From Eledone cirrhosa (lineage: Eukaryota): a stretch of 64,000 nt of DNA. Of this stretch, positions 51,233 through 64,000 are shown piece after piece. The notes beneath the pieces were generated by a model. It saw only the letters and a program-made list of their open reading frames with translations. It was not told where the DNA came from and ran no database searches. Where the stretch lies: the NCBI GenBank assembly GCA_964016885.1, contig OZ024740.1, positions 343,294,001 through 343,358,000 on the forward strand, written 5' to 3'. Both the position numbers and the translations under genes were made by a program. Numbering within the stretch: the stretch's first letter is position 1; every line of letters begins with the position of its first letter.

Positions 51233-51766
51233 AAACCCTGACTCTAATTCCGATGAACAGTCGTTTAACCTTCACCAAGCAATGCTGTCGATTGGTTTTA
51301 AGAAGAAGACCTATCGCTGACAGCCACTGCTATTTCTGCACTCTGTCATGGCACCTCCCGAAATCCATTCCCCTCCACCACCACCACCAATAATAATAAC
51401 AGCAACAACAACTACACTACTAACACTGTGCCCAGCAACAACTAAAACTTTACAGAAACACACACTTTCACATTTCCCTACCCACTTTTGGTAATTCTCT
51501 CCCGTTCTGAAAGGTATAGTGAAAGGCAGCATTAAGATTCCAGCTCACGGAGTAAGAGAGTAATTAAAAGACGAGATTTGACGAGATTTGTAATTCTGTG
51601 ACGTGATCTTTGATACACCTTTTTTTGTTTGTTTCCAAAACGAAGGAAAATTAACAAATGTTGTTGGCGGTGTGCATGTTTGTGTGTGTATGTATACCTG
51701 TATGTGTATATATGGTGTGTGTATGCATGGTGTGTGTATGGAGAAGAACGGTGTGTGATGAGAAAT

Positions 51767-51805
<39 letters not shown>

Positions 51806-51849
51806 GACAGAGGGGCAAGGGTGAGAGAATGTGTGTATATGTGTGTGAG

Positions 51850-51885
<36 letters not shown>

Positions 51886-52007
51886 TGTGTGTGTGTGTGA
51901 TAGTGTGTGTGTATGCATGAGTGAGATAGAGAAAGACAGCGAGAGGATGAGAGAGAGAGAAAGCGTGAAAAAGAGAGCTAGAGGAGTAAGGGCGAGAGAG
52001 TGTATGT

Positions 52008-52108
<101 letters not shown>

Positions 52109-52360
52109 TGTGTGTGTGAGAGAGAGAGAGAGAGAAATAGCGAATTTAGATATGATGATTTAGTATTTTGTTTTTGTTGGTTATAATAGGATTAACAAGT
52201 GGGTGAGACTCAGAAATTGACTGGATAATGAGGGAGAGAATAAGAGTTGGATTGATTGAAAATATGAGAGAGAGAGAGAGAGAGAGAGTCAGGACCGCTA
52301 AATGAGAAATATGTATATGTATGCATGTATGTATGCATGTATGTTTGCATGTATGTATGT

Positions 52361-52966
52361 CTCGAGTACATTTTTGACCGACTACCTTCCTGGTGGCAAG
52401 GTTGTAAAAGAAAAGAAATTGTCATCCCTTAAATCGCAAGAATGTTTTGCAAATTTTGAAGGTGCCAACTATCGCAGCCATTTGTAGTCTATGAATTAGG
52501 GAGTTACGCTCTTTGCCCACAAATCCAAGTTCATTTATACTTTGGTCCAAGTGGGTTGGTATATAACCTGAAGTTCCAATAATGATGGGTATGAAACTGA
52601 AAGTGTATCTTGGATACTGGATCTGTAAACTTCTCATCTATGGCCCGTAGGTTTCCTCCTTCTCTTGTATTTTTCTTACAACGTTGACATCAAGTGGACA
52701 GCTGGTCTCTATAACAGAGCACGTTTTCAATGTGTGGTCCCGAACAATAATATCAGGCTGGTTGTGCTTTAATTTGGTGGCAGTTTTTATTTTCAGGTTC
52801 CACCAGTATTCTTTAATGCCATCTATCTCCTCATTTGTTTTTAATTTTGTTTTCCCAAGTGCGCTCCAGATGGTTCTAACGATCACATCGTGTCTCATAG
52901 GGAGGTAGTAGCGAGACGACATTCTTTCGCAGTTGGCAACAATGTGGCTAACATCTTCGATCTTTG
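52361..52966 (-). mobile_element. Second 5'-truncated copy of the (ACAT)n RLE LINE
   Basis: Encodes KIEDVSHIVANCERMSSRYYLPMRHD...TFKICKTFLRFKG with one lesion, and has the same 3'UTR. (ACAT)n lies on both sides on the element's sense strand. Confidence 0.92.
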
Positions 52967-53066
52967 TATGTATGTATGTATGTATGTATGTATGTATGTA
53001 TGTATGTATGTATGTATGTATGTATGTATGTATGTATAAATGCATATATCCGGCCCCACTCGCTTA

Positions 53067-53631
53067 TCTTTATATATATAAAAGCGAGGGTGTGTGTGTG
53101 TGTCTGTGTACAACTTTGCATACATAAGGCTTTTACAATTACCAACTGAATTTGACCAAATTTTCTGTGCACGTTACACAGGTCGCTAAGATTGTCACAT
53201 TACAAACATTTTTCACATCGACCCACGTTGAACAATAAAAAATCGATATCAACATTATCGGTAGAAAAATTGATTTAACAAACTTTATTGACAATCCTTA
53301 TAAAAAAGGGAGATAACCAACTTTTCAGAAATATAAACATCACATTCATTTGAACAACTTTTTGTACTTTAGCAAAACTGCTTGTTTTTTTTTACAGATT
53401 TGCAACATGTATTGTCTTTAATCATTTGTATAACTACATCCTGTTCAGTGTTTTCCTTCATTATCAGCGTAGTTTGATGTGTACAAAGATTGCACTAAAT
53501 ATTCGTTTGCATTAATTATTGAAGACTGCATATTTTGACAGGTTGGGGACAAATAATGTTCTTCTTTTACTCCCTAGCTGTATATTCTTAGCATAATTTC
53601 AAACTCGATCAACGCCGGGTAAATCTGCTAG
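53067..53631 (+). mobile_element. Non-autonomous Helitron
   Basis: A|TCTTTATATATATAAAAG 5' end, (GT)n, 3' hairpin actcgatcaacgccgggt, then CTAG|T. Confidence 0.8.
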
Positions 53632-53659
53632 TACAATATAATTCTGTAGTGTTGCGAAA

Positions 53660-54343
53660 ACTGAGACGCTCATCCTCTCATGGAAGCTGCACAGTGCACT
53701 CTACATGTGAATGGAGTTCCACTGAAGCAGGTGGAGAAGTTCAAGTATCTCAGGGTCATGTTCATGTGCAATGGATGGCAGGAGGCTGAGTTAAGTGCAA
53801 GAATTGCAGGAGCTGGTTTAATAATGCGCCATCTTCAGCATTCAGTAAACAGAAAAAGGGAGGTAGGTGCAAAAGCCAAACTCGCTATCTTCTATTCAGT
53901 ATTCGTGCCAGCTCTTACCTATGGTCATGAATCTGGGATAATGACCAAAAGAATACGATCGCGAATAGAAGCCGCCGAAATAGGGTTCCTCCGAAGTGTC
54001 TTTGGAGTAACGTTACTCAATAAAGTGCGAAGTTCGGAGATCAGAGAGTTACTCCAGGTAAAGCAGCTATTTCTCCGAATTGAGAGATCACAGCTCCGAT
54101 AATATAGGCATGGGCTAAGAATTTCTGAGGAAAGAATCGCTGAACAGATTGTACGGACAAAGTCAACAGGTAGGAAACCCAGGGGTAGATCCCGAGCAAT
54201 ATGATTGGATAACATCCATGTGCTTAGCTGGTCTCGCTTGGGGATACAGCCGGATCAGTTGGGGATGGTTGCTTCTACAGGACCCGTTGGAAGGAGTGTT
54301 TGAGGACGTTGCCCCCACGACCCTCTCAGGAATAAGTGGGTGG

Positions 54344-54346
<3 letters not shown>
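53660..54346 (+). mobile_element. 5'-truncated RTE-clade (Expander-like) LINE, degenerate
   Basis: VNGVPLKQVEKFKYL, FVPALTYGHES, IEAAEIGFLR and TGRKPRGRSR; ends ataagtgggtggtgaa followed by (TAA)n. Confidence 0.8.
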
Positions 54347-54386
<40 letters not shown>

Positions 54387-54388
54387 CA

Positions 54389-55448
54389 ACAACATGTTCC
54401 ACAAGAGGAGTGATGTCGATAGACTCTACTTAAGGAGATCTGAGGGTGGAAGAGGTCTTATCAGCATAGAGGACTGTGTTCAGATGGAGAAAAACAACCT
54501 ACACAAATACGTGACTGATAGTAAGGAGCCAATGCTCAGAACTGTGCTGAAGGAGGGGACAATAGGCCAGGGGATGTCCAAGGAGGAAATAACATCAAGG
54601 AGAAAGAGCAGCCCTCAGGAAAAATCCCTTCATAGTACCTTCTTTGAGAAAAGTGAATTTAGAGGTCCACAGACATGGAACTGGTTGAAAAGAGGAGACC
54701 TTAAAAAGGCTACAGAAGGAATGTTAATGGCTGCGCAGGAGCAGGCCCTCAAAACGAAGTGGTTGAAACACCACATTTACAAGGAGGAGGCTAGCCCACT
54801 GTGCAGGATCTGTGGAGAGAGAGAGGAGACTGTGGCTCACATTGCATCCGAGTGTAAACACCTAGCCCAGACTCACTATAAGGGCTTGAGACATGATGTG
54901 ATGGGCAGGGTGATCCACTGGCACCTATGCAAAGTAAACAATTTACCACATTCTGAGAAGTGGTATGAGCATAAGCCAGAGACGGTGATAGAAAACGATC
55001 AGGTGAAGGTGCTGTGGGATTTTAGGATACAGACGGACAAGAAACTGGAACACAATAGACCTGACCTGGTGGTTTTGGACAAAGAAAACAGATCGTGCCT
55101 GATTGTGGATGTGGCCTGCCCATTCGACACGAGAGTGCAAGAGAAGGAGAGGGAGAAAATTAACCGATACCAGGACTTAAAGTGGGAGGTAAAAAGGATT
55201 TGGAACTGCCATGAAGTCAAAGTGATCCTGATTGTCATAGGCGCACTAGGGACTATCTCAAAAAGTTTCCAGGGATGGTTAAAGAAAATTGGCCCATTCA
55301 CGCTTTTTGGAATGCTTCAAAAGGCATTCTTGCTGGGAACAGCAAGAACCCTCCGATACGTCCTGAATATCTGAGGCTGCAGGTAGTGGCTTGATATTCA
55401 TTTCAACAAACTTTCCAGTTAACTAACATCAATGACTGAGACTCAAAA

Positions 55449-55450
<2 letters not shown>
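54389..55450 (+). mobile_element. 5'-truncated Dong/R4-like RLE LINE copy 1 in (AAT)n; frame ends 55374
   Basis: DVDRLY..GGRGL, CRICGEREETVAHIASEC, RHD and NRPD..DVACP; flanked by (AAT)n. Confidence 0.93.
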
Positions 55451-55503
<53 letters not shown>

Positions 55504-55506
<3 letters not shown>

Positions 55507-56780
55507 GCATAAAGAACAAAAAAATGAAGGAATTGTTTAGAACTGAATACATTCGGAGAGTAAGGAGCGTATTGAAGTCACATCTGAACAGCAGAAATGC
55601 CATAAGCGCAGTAAATTCCCGAGCTGTGTCTATTATTAGGTACAGTGCGGGAATTCTGAGATGGAATGTTGCTGAACAAAAAGAAATGGATAGGAAGACT
55701 AGGAAGCTATTGACTATCTACAACATGTTCCACAAGAGGAGTGATGTCGATAGACTCTACCTAAGGAGATCTGAGGGTGAAAGAGGTCTTATCAGCATAG
55801 AGGACTGTGTTCAGATGGAGAAAAACAACCTATACAAATACGTGACCTATAGTAAGGAGCCAATGCTCAGAGCTGTACTGAAGGAGGGGACAGTAGGCCA
55901 GGGGATATCCAAGGAGGAAATAACATCAAGGAGGAAGAGCAGCCTTAAGGGAAAATCCCTTCATAGTACCTTCTTTGAGAAAACTGAATTTAGAGATCCA
56001 CAGACATGGAACTGGTTGAGAAGAGGAGACCTCAAAAAGGCTACAGAAGGAATGCTAATGGCTGCGCAGGAGCAGGCCCTCAAAACGAAGTGGTTGAAGC
56101 ACCATATCTACAAGGAGGAGGCTAGCCCACTGTGCAGGATCTGTGGAGAGAGAGAGGAGACTGTGGCTCACGTTGTGTCCGAGTGTAAACACCTAGCCCA
56201 GACCCACTATAAGGGCTGGAGACACGATGTGATGGGCAGGGTGATCTACTGGCACCTATGCAAAGTAAACAATCTACCACATTCTGAGAAATGGTATGAG
56301 CATAGGCCAGAGGCGGTGATGGAGAACAGTCAGGTGAAGGTGCTGTGGGATTTTAGGATACAGACGGACAAAAAACTGGAACACAATAGACCTGACCTGG
56401 TGGTTGTGGACAAAGAAAAAAGATCGTGCCTGATTGTGGATGTGGCCTGCCCGTTCGACACGAGAGTGCAAGAGAAGGAGAGGGAGAAAATTAACCGATA
56501 CCAGGACCTAAAGTGGGAGGTGAAAAGGATTTGGAACTGCCATGAAGTCAAAGTGATCCCGATTGTCATAGGCGCACTGGGGACTATCTCCAAAGGTTTC
56601 CAGGGATGGTTAAAGAAAATCGGCCCCTTCACGCTTTTTGGAACGCTTCAAAAGGCATGCTTGCTTGGAACGGCAAGAACCCTCCGATACGTCCTGAATA
56701 TCTGAGGCTGCAGGTAGTGGCTTGATATTCAATCCAACGGACTTTCCAGTTAACCAACATCAATGACTGAGATTCAAGGA
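55504..56780 (+). mobile_element. 5'-truncated Dong/R4-like RLE LINE copy 2 in (AAT)n; frame ends 56705
   Basis: Same family as copy 1 with a longer 5' extent; flanked by (AAT)n. Confidence 0.93.
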
Positions 56781-57055
56781 ATAACAATAACAATAATAAT
56801 AATAATAATAATGTTTTCTTTATTAACCACAAGGGTTCACATAAAGTAGACATTAAGGACAGTACAGGACAATACAGGACGGTACAAATGGGCATTTCTG
56901 CGTGTAAAAAAACAGAGGTTGAAATAAAATAACAAAGAAAAATTCCCCAATAGGGGGGAGACTTCCAAGGGACATTTGTGGAGAAAGCCCATTAAAAGAC
57001 CACAGTGGCCCTGACCACCAGGGCAAGTGCCCTCTCCCAGTTTCCCACCTTTAAT

Positions 57056-60000
57056 TTACAGACACATACTCAGAGAAGGCCCATTCATTCGGGCCATACT
57101 TGCTTCTCTCACCCATCTTTCAACAAAATGCTGGGAAGAGAGCACTTCCCTCTCTACCCTGATTTTCCTTTTCAAATGAAATTTGAAAAAGTTAATCAGG
57201 GCATCATCGAAGAGGTAAGTGCTCGTCTTCAGCCCTTTCAAACGTGTCCACCATACTATCTCTTTCGCCATGGCCACCAGACAGATAAAAACTGCCTGCC
57301 CTTCCAGGCTAAAGGAAGGGGGCGGGGCAATCCTCACGATGGACTCAGCTGATAGCTGGATCCGTCCTACACGTGACAGCAGGTGTTCGACATAAACCCA
57401 CAAGTCAGCAATGCTCGGACACTGGACGAGTGCGTGCAGGACGGTTTCGTCGCCCTGCGCGCATCTCGGACATGCCCGGCTGACGGCACCTCCATGCCTG
57501 TAGAGTTTATCCCGAACTGGCAAAGCTCCTCGGTAGCACTGCCAGGCCAGGGATTTCTGGAAGTTGTCCATAGGCCCCGGCCCGAAAGTCCTTCCGAAGA
57601 GATTGGCTAGTTGATTTTCGTCGACGCCTAGAGTTTCTCCAAGTACGTCGTCGCTCTTCCCCTCCACTAATCCCCTATAGAACGCCAAGGTGGAGTTTCC
57701 ACCGATCACATTGCCCGATTGGTCGAGGGCTGTGAGCGGCTGAAGACATTCCAGTCTCCAAGCGCTCCCTCTCGGTCTTCGCTTGACCCAGGACTGCAGC
57801 TCCGTCAAGGAGACGAGCTGGGGAAAAACGTGTCTTGCAAACGGCGACCACACCTGATCACCGTCGAGGAAGAGGTGGAGATGTCGTAGCCTGAGCGCGT
57901 GTCTGCGCATCATCAGCCACGGCATGCCCAGCCCTCCACGTAGCGGGTGTTGACAGCAGATGGACCGCCTGACCATCGGAGCGCGTCCCTTCCACAAGAA
58001 GCGAAAGAGCAAACGCTCCAGCGCAGTCAGGCGGGGCTTAGGACAAGATACGACGGTCAGGCGGTAGTAGATGACGGACGCGATGTACGCGTTAGCCACC
58101 TCCGCTCGACCTTTCAGGCATAGCTTCCTCTCGGCCCATTTCTGGGTGAGAGAAGCCACCCTGCTCATCACCTCGTCCCAGTTTTTGTCCGTCTTGAGGT
58201 CTGGACCGAACCAGACCCCTAGCAATTTAACCGGTCCGTCCGTCCAGCGCCCGACGACGCTGTTGGACGGCATGGACCTGCCTCTCCAGGTGCCGAGCTG
58301 CAGGCCCACTGACTTTTCCTGGTTGATCATTGCTCCTGTCACCGCTTCGTATTCTCTTAGTGTAGTGCCGATCGCCTCGATGTGTTTGGCGTTCGACACC
58401 ACTACGGTGACATCGTCGGCATATGCTGACACGGGTCTTCCTCATCCTAGTTCGCGCGGGGTCCCCCTCAACGTCTCCAGTTTGTGCAGTAATGGCTCAA
58501 GAGTCAATACGTACAATAGGGACGAGAGGGGACATCCTTGGCGGACCGAGCGCATGATGTTGAACGGTTCCGAAAGGTGACCGTTCACTCTCACTACAGA
58601 GCAGATGTTGCTGTGCATGGCAGCGATCCAGCCTCTGAAGACGGGCCCAAAACCAGCCGCCTTCAGGACTGCCGCTAGGTAACGATGGTCGACCCTATCG
58701 AAGGCTTTCGACTGATCTAAATTGATCAAAGACCCACCCGTGCCAGGTTCCCTAGCTACCCTCTCTACGATGTATCGCATGAGGTGGAGGTTGTCGTGGA
58801 TGGATCGGTCGGGAATGGCGCATGTCTGTGCCTCTCCCACCAGACCACCAACGACAAGCGCCAACCTCTTTGCTAGCAACTTGGCCAAAATCTTGAACTC
58901 TGTGTTTAGCAGAATTATGGGCCTAAAATTATCTATGTTATCCCCCTTGTTCGGATCCTTTATCAGCAGCGCCACCGCTCCTCGGCTCACAGAGCTGGGA
59001 ATTCTACCGTTTTGTTGCCAGTTGCAGTAGACGTCCGCCAAGAGGCCTCCGAACAAGTTTGGCATTTGTACGTAAAGTTCATAGGGCAGACCATCCAAAC
59101 CAGGCGATTTACCCCTTGTGCAACTAGTCATTGCATCCCGTACTTCAGCGGTTGTTATCGGCTTTTCGCAACACTCCGCCTCAGTGGCCGAAAGCCGCGG
59201 CAGTCCGTCGAGGTAGACACTAAAGTCCATCCCTCGATCCGGCCCGCCACTGCCCCCGAACAGTTGAGCGAAGTGTCGCTGAAAAGCTTCACACATTTGC
59301 CCGGGATCGAGTAGCATGCGCCCGTCGTGGTCCACCAAAGACCGGATCGTGGCTTTGTTGCCACGGCGCGCCTCCGCCACTCGGGCCCATTGAACGGCTT
59401 TCGTCCCCTCGTGTCTGAGAGCACGCACCCTAGCTCTGACAACGCAGCATTCGTGCTTTGCATTGAAGAATTGGTCAAGGGCCAATTTCGCTGCAAGTAC
59501 ATCGGTCGCGATGCCTTTGCTAAGCGCCTCATCTAATTTTCTAACTAATTCTCCCTCTGCTCTATTTTTCTCTATTGCTAAAGTCTTACTAAACCTAATG
59601 GACTCTATTCTAATTGCTCTTTTCAGAGCAAACCACCACTTGTTGTTGACGATGGCCCCCGTCAACGCCCGCTTAACTAGTTCGCTAATCCGGTCTCTGT
59701 AGGCCTTGCGCGCTGGTAAGGACGCGTTTAGCTTCCAGTAGCCGGGTCCTCGTCTATGAAGCCTATCTAAGTCAAGCACACAGATCACGTATTTGTGGTC
59801 CGTGTAGCTGACTATCTTGAATTGTGGACAGCCTATGCTAGACCTATCTATTTCCCTACAAAATACTCTATCTAGATATGATCTGGATGACCCTATGCGA
59901 TTTGTCCAAGTCCACATTGGTACATTCGGGAAATCCATTCGGTACCTGTCAGACAGTTCAAAACGTCTGAGCAGGTTGGTGAGACTCTTGCACCCTCCTT

Positions 60001-60475
60001 CCCTATCCGCTAATCCCACACAATCCCAGCGTGCATCTAAGATCCCGTTCCAGTCGCCCACTAACACTAAAGAGCGGGACGTTCCAAGAAAGGTCTCCAG
60101 ACGCCGGAAGAAATCAGGCCGCCCTGCTCCTGTCGGGGCATAGACGGCCACTAACCTGAAAGCTTGCCCGTCTCCGCTGGTCACGTCCAGCACCACCAAC
60201 TTACCTTCGGGGTCCAGGAAGATTGCCCGTATGGCAAGATCCAAACGTCTCCGAAAAAGCACAGCAACTCCTCCCCCCTATCCCGGACGGCTGGGAGATG
60301 CGTACACATCGTAGCCGCCGAAGATCGGTGCGAAAGCCTGTGCTTCGGAGATTCTGGTCTCGCTGATGGTCACTACATCTATGTTTAGTGAACTGAGGTC
60401 GTTGAGCAGGTGGCCCTGCTTCCATGACGACCCAAAGCCACGCGAATTTATGCTGCCTATTCTGAGTGAGGTCAT
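57056..60475 (-). pseudogene. Family B ORF2 (APE-RT-CCHC) with two in-frame stops
   Basis: ORFs 60278-60475, 58442-60262 and 57056-58432 are in one frame, split by TAG (60280-60278) and TGA (58444-58442). NSRG, GDWN, QGCPLS, AYADD and CPRC are present. Confidence 0.92.
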
Positions 60476-60509
60476 GTTGAAAAGGAGTGGAAAAGATGGG
60501 AAAGACCAC

Positions 60510-62504
60510 TTACCTTACTTCTCGTAGGGGAAGGACGGTTTTTCCATCCTTTTCACTGCTTGTGGCCTCCTCAGGAAGGATGTCCTTATAAATCCTCCTG
60601 AAGAGTGCTTGTCGGAAGTCTCCGATGTCTTTGGGGAATTTTTGTTTTAGTGTCATGTACGTTTTCTGTGTGATGCGAGTGATTTGTATGTGTGGAGGTG
60701 GTGTGAATTTTGGGGTTGTTGTGTAGTCTTTTTCTGTGATGCTGGTGTTGTGTTGGATGTAGTGTAATAATTGGTTGTTGTTCAAATTTAATGCTGTGTA
60801 GTGTGTATCGTTTTGGTTGTTTTGTTTTGTTTGCGTTTGTTGTGGGTTTGTTTCTGTTTCGCATTTTGGTGACTTTTGTGGTGTAGGTGATGGTGGCGTT
60901 GGGGTTAATGATGGTGATGGTGTTGGTGTTTGGGTTGATGGGGTTGGTGATGCTGGTGTGGATGGTGGCATATCTGTCCTAACTTTTTTGTTTGTTAATT
61001 TATTTGTTTCCCTCTGTATTTTGTTTTTGGAGGGGGAAGGAAGAGAATTTTTTCTTTTTTGGTTTCTTTTTTTTTCCGGATATCGTTTCCCACCCCTCGT
61101 CGTCACAATCTGTCTCCAGTTGTGATAGGCCGGGGAGTGGAAAATCCTCCACAGCCGTTAGTTTTGGTTGTGGCGTGGTGGATGATGTAGGCGCTGGTGC
61201 TAGTTCTGAAGAGTTGGGTGGTGGTGGTGTTGGATTTGCTGGTCGTGGTGGTGGTGTTAGTTTTGCTACTGTTGCTGGGGTTGTTGCTGTTATAGTTGCT
61301 TCTGTTGTTGCTGCTACAGTTGTTGCTGCCATCTCTGCTACTGGTGGTGTTGATGGTTGTGTAACTGGGGTGGGTAGGAGAGGTGGCCTCAACCTTTTAG
61401 CCTGAGGGCAGAAAGCCCTTAGGTGGGTTCCTTCACCACAAACGACACACCTAGGTCTTCTGCCCTCGACAATTACCGTGAGGTGGCTGCCGTCAGTGAG
61501 GTCTATTACCTCTGGGATCTCCTCAATGCTTTTTTGGTCCGCTTGGATCAGGAGCTCCATCCCAGATCCGGACCAGTTCTCCTGCTTTTCTTTTGCTATT
61601 GCTATTATTTTCGTGTTGGCTTCGATGCCGGTGAGGACGGCCGCTATTAGCCAGGGAATTTCGATGGCCGGTGGAACGTGGGTCACCCTGATCTTCACGA
61701 GTCTCTGGCCACAATAGCTTGGGACGAGTGTGAAGTCGTCACTTCTTAATGGGGCCATGGAGTGTTTTCTAGCCTCCTCTGGTGTTTCAAAGAACACGTC
61801 CACGGTTCCATACTTTTGCCCACGTCTGATGTGGGTTTTTCTTGCCCACACATGTCCCAAAGCTTTTGGGATTTGGGACTCGGATGCCCGTTCCACTCGG
61901 CGCGATTTTACATTTATTGTTCTATACGACACGGTGCATAGGCGCCGATGCTCCATTTTATTAGGTGGGGGGGGGGTGAGGCTGACCCTGTACCCATCTT
62001 TCTTTACCATTTGTTTGGCATTTTCTAAATCCTCCTGAGTTACCGTAAATGCTTCGAACTGTTTTGCTACTCTGGCGAAACTGAGGGTTGGTTTTATAAT
62101 GTCATTGTTGTTGTTGTTGCTATCGTTATTTGTGTTAATATTAATTTTAGTTTCAGTTGTGGTGGTGGTGACGTCAGTCGTCTTTGGTGGGGAAGAGTCC
62201 ATTTTGCTTGATTTCATCTCGACATCACGAGTTAATTTATTTTTTCTTCTTTTGTTTCTGTTGTCGCGGTGGTGATGGGGGTGGTGGTTGTCGCGGTGTT
62301 TGTGGTGGTGGAGGCTTTAACACCTGCAGTCATTGGTAATGGCGGGAAATGAATGTCTGCCTGAGACAAATTTAAAATATTGCTACTGCTTATATTTTTT
62401 GTCGTGTTGGCAAACGTAGTAACATTTACAATGGTGGTGTCGGTGTGAGGTGTTAATTTGTGAGAAAGGCCTTCAGCTGCCTGGTGCAGAGGTGAATTAG
62501 CCAT
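60510..62504 (-). pseudogene. Family B ORF1, frameshifted
   Basis: Three pieces (62232-62558, 61000-62217, 60510-61106); PSYCGQR..IRV and VEGRRP-CCHC align with family A ORF1. Confidence 0.8.
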
Positions 62505-62713
62505 TTTTTTTTCAAAGAAATTTTTTGATAATAATAAAAGTTTAAATTTTGGGCACAAGGCCCCAATCTTTTTGGGTGTCCTTTTCGGAAAACAATGTAT
62601 GTGCGCTTATAAACAGTTAACAATAAAATTTTCCATAAATGACAATTTTTAACAAACGGAAATAACAAACCTTTGCGGAGCTCACGATGATACGATTTAC
62701 TACGTAGGTCGCC

Positions 62714-62769
<56 letters not shown>

Positions 62770-62771
<2 letters not shown>

Positions 62772-64000
62772 TCTGCCCGTAATGTGGAAACTGTTGACGA
62801 GCATTGTGTCTGAGGAAATCTACCATCACCTCCACACAAACAACTTGTTACCGGACGAACAGAAAGGATGCCGAAAGAAGTCACGTGGTACAAAGGACCA
62901 GTTGCTTATTGATAAGATGGTAATGGGGAATTGCAGGAGGAGACACACTGATCTTGCCATGGGATGGATAGACTACAGAAAGGCATTTGACATGGTGCCT
63001 CATTCCTGGATCACCAAAAGCCTGGAGATCTTCAGGGTGGCGGATAACATCAGACAGTTGCTAGGCAGGAGTATGGGGTCCTGGGAGACAGAGTTGACAT
63101 CAACTGGAGTATCCTTGGGAAGCGTGAAGATCAAGAGAGGTATCTTCCAGGGAGATAGCCTGTCCCCTCTGTTGTTTGTCCTTGCCCTGATGCCCTTGAC
63201 CATTATGCTGCGAAAAGTGAGAGCAGGATACAAGTTGGGAAGGGGAGAGCTTACCATCAATCACCTCCTCTTCATGGACGATCTTAAGCTCTTCGGGAAA
63301 AGTGAGAAGGAGTTGGATGTGCTTGTTGACACTGTCCGTATTTTCAGCAGTGATATATGTATGCAGTTTGGTATTGGTAAATCTGGAGTCATTGTGATGA
63401 AGAGGGGTAGGTTGAGCAGAAGTAACGGGATCCAGATACCAACAGGTGAGATGATAAAGGAAATTGACTCTGAGGAAGGATACAAGTATTTGGGCGTTCT
63501 GGAGGCTGATGGCATAAAGAACAAAAAAATGACGGAATTGTTAAGAACTGAATACATTCGGAGAGTAAGGAGCGTATTGAAGTCACATCTGAACAGCAGA
63601 AATGCCATAAGCGCAGTAAATTCCCGAGCTGTGTCTATTATTAGGTACAGTGCGGGAATTCTGAGATGGAATGTTGCTGAACAGAAAGAAATGGATAGGA
63701 AGACTAGGAAGCTATTGACTATCTACAACATGTTCCACAAGAGGAGTGATGTCGATAGACTCTACCTAAGGAGATCTGAGGGTGGAAGAGGTCTTATCAG
63801 CATAGAGGACTGTGTTCAGATGGAGAAAAACAACCTATACAAATACGTGACCTATAGTAAGGAGCCAATGCTCAGAGCTGTACTGAAGGAGGGGACAGTA
63901 GGCCAGGGGATGTCCAGGGAGGAAATAACATCAAGGAGGAAGAGCAGCCTTAAGGGAAAACCCCTTCATAGTACCTTCTTTGAGAAAAGTGAATTTAGAG
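62770..64000 (+). mobile_element. 5'-truncated Dong/R4-like LINE copy 3 with RT core, running off the window
   Basis: Open frame [60 protein letters not shown]; from 63510 it is nearly identical to copy 2; preceded by (AAT)n. Confidence 0.93.

Larger units (their letters stand above)
56812..62713 (-). mobile_element. Full-length Tx1/L1-clade LINE (family B) inserted in (ATT)n
   Basis: ORF1 pieces with CVVCGEGTHLRAFC, ORF2 homologous to family A, and 3' AATAAA. (AAT)n tracts lie at both ends. Confidence 0.93.

Overview
This is repeat-dominated eukaryotic DNA. The microsatellite load and SINE types suggest an octopus/coleoid cephalopod, which is an inference. No host protein-coding gene can be called confidently; there are only weak minus-strand exon candidates, and most listed ORFs are microsatellite artefacts. 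The real coding content is retrotransposons. There are two full-length Tx1/L1-clade LINEs (7032-12736 +, nearly intact; 56812-62713 -, disrupted) and a 5'-truncated third copy. There are also five 5'-truncated R4/Dong-like RLE LINEs of two families, RTE fragments, three Helitrons, several MITEs, a hAT transposase relic, many SINEs and minisatellites. Highlights: (1) In the Tx1 elements ORF2 is bracketed by a consensus splice donor at the end of ORF1 and an acceptor at or next to the ORF2 stop, so ORF2 looks like a removable intron giving an ORF1-only mRNA. (2) Four LINE families each sit in their own microsatellite: (ATCT)n, (ATT)n, (ACAT)n and (AAT)n. (3) A cluster of Penelope-type hammerhead ribozyme motifs lies in the first 3 kb, one inside a 155-bp inverted repeat. 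(4) A Helitron shows a CTAG|TC head-to-tail junction.
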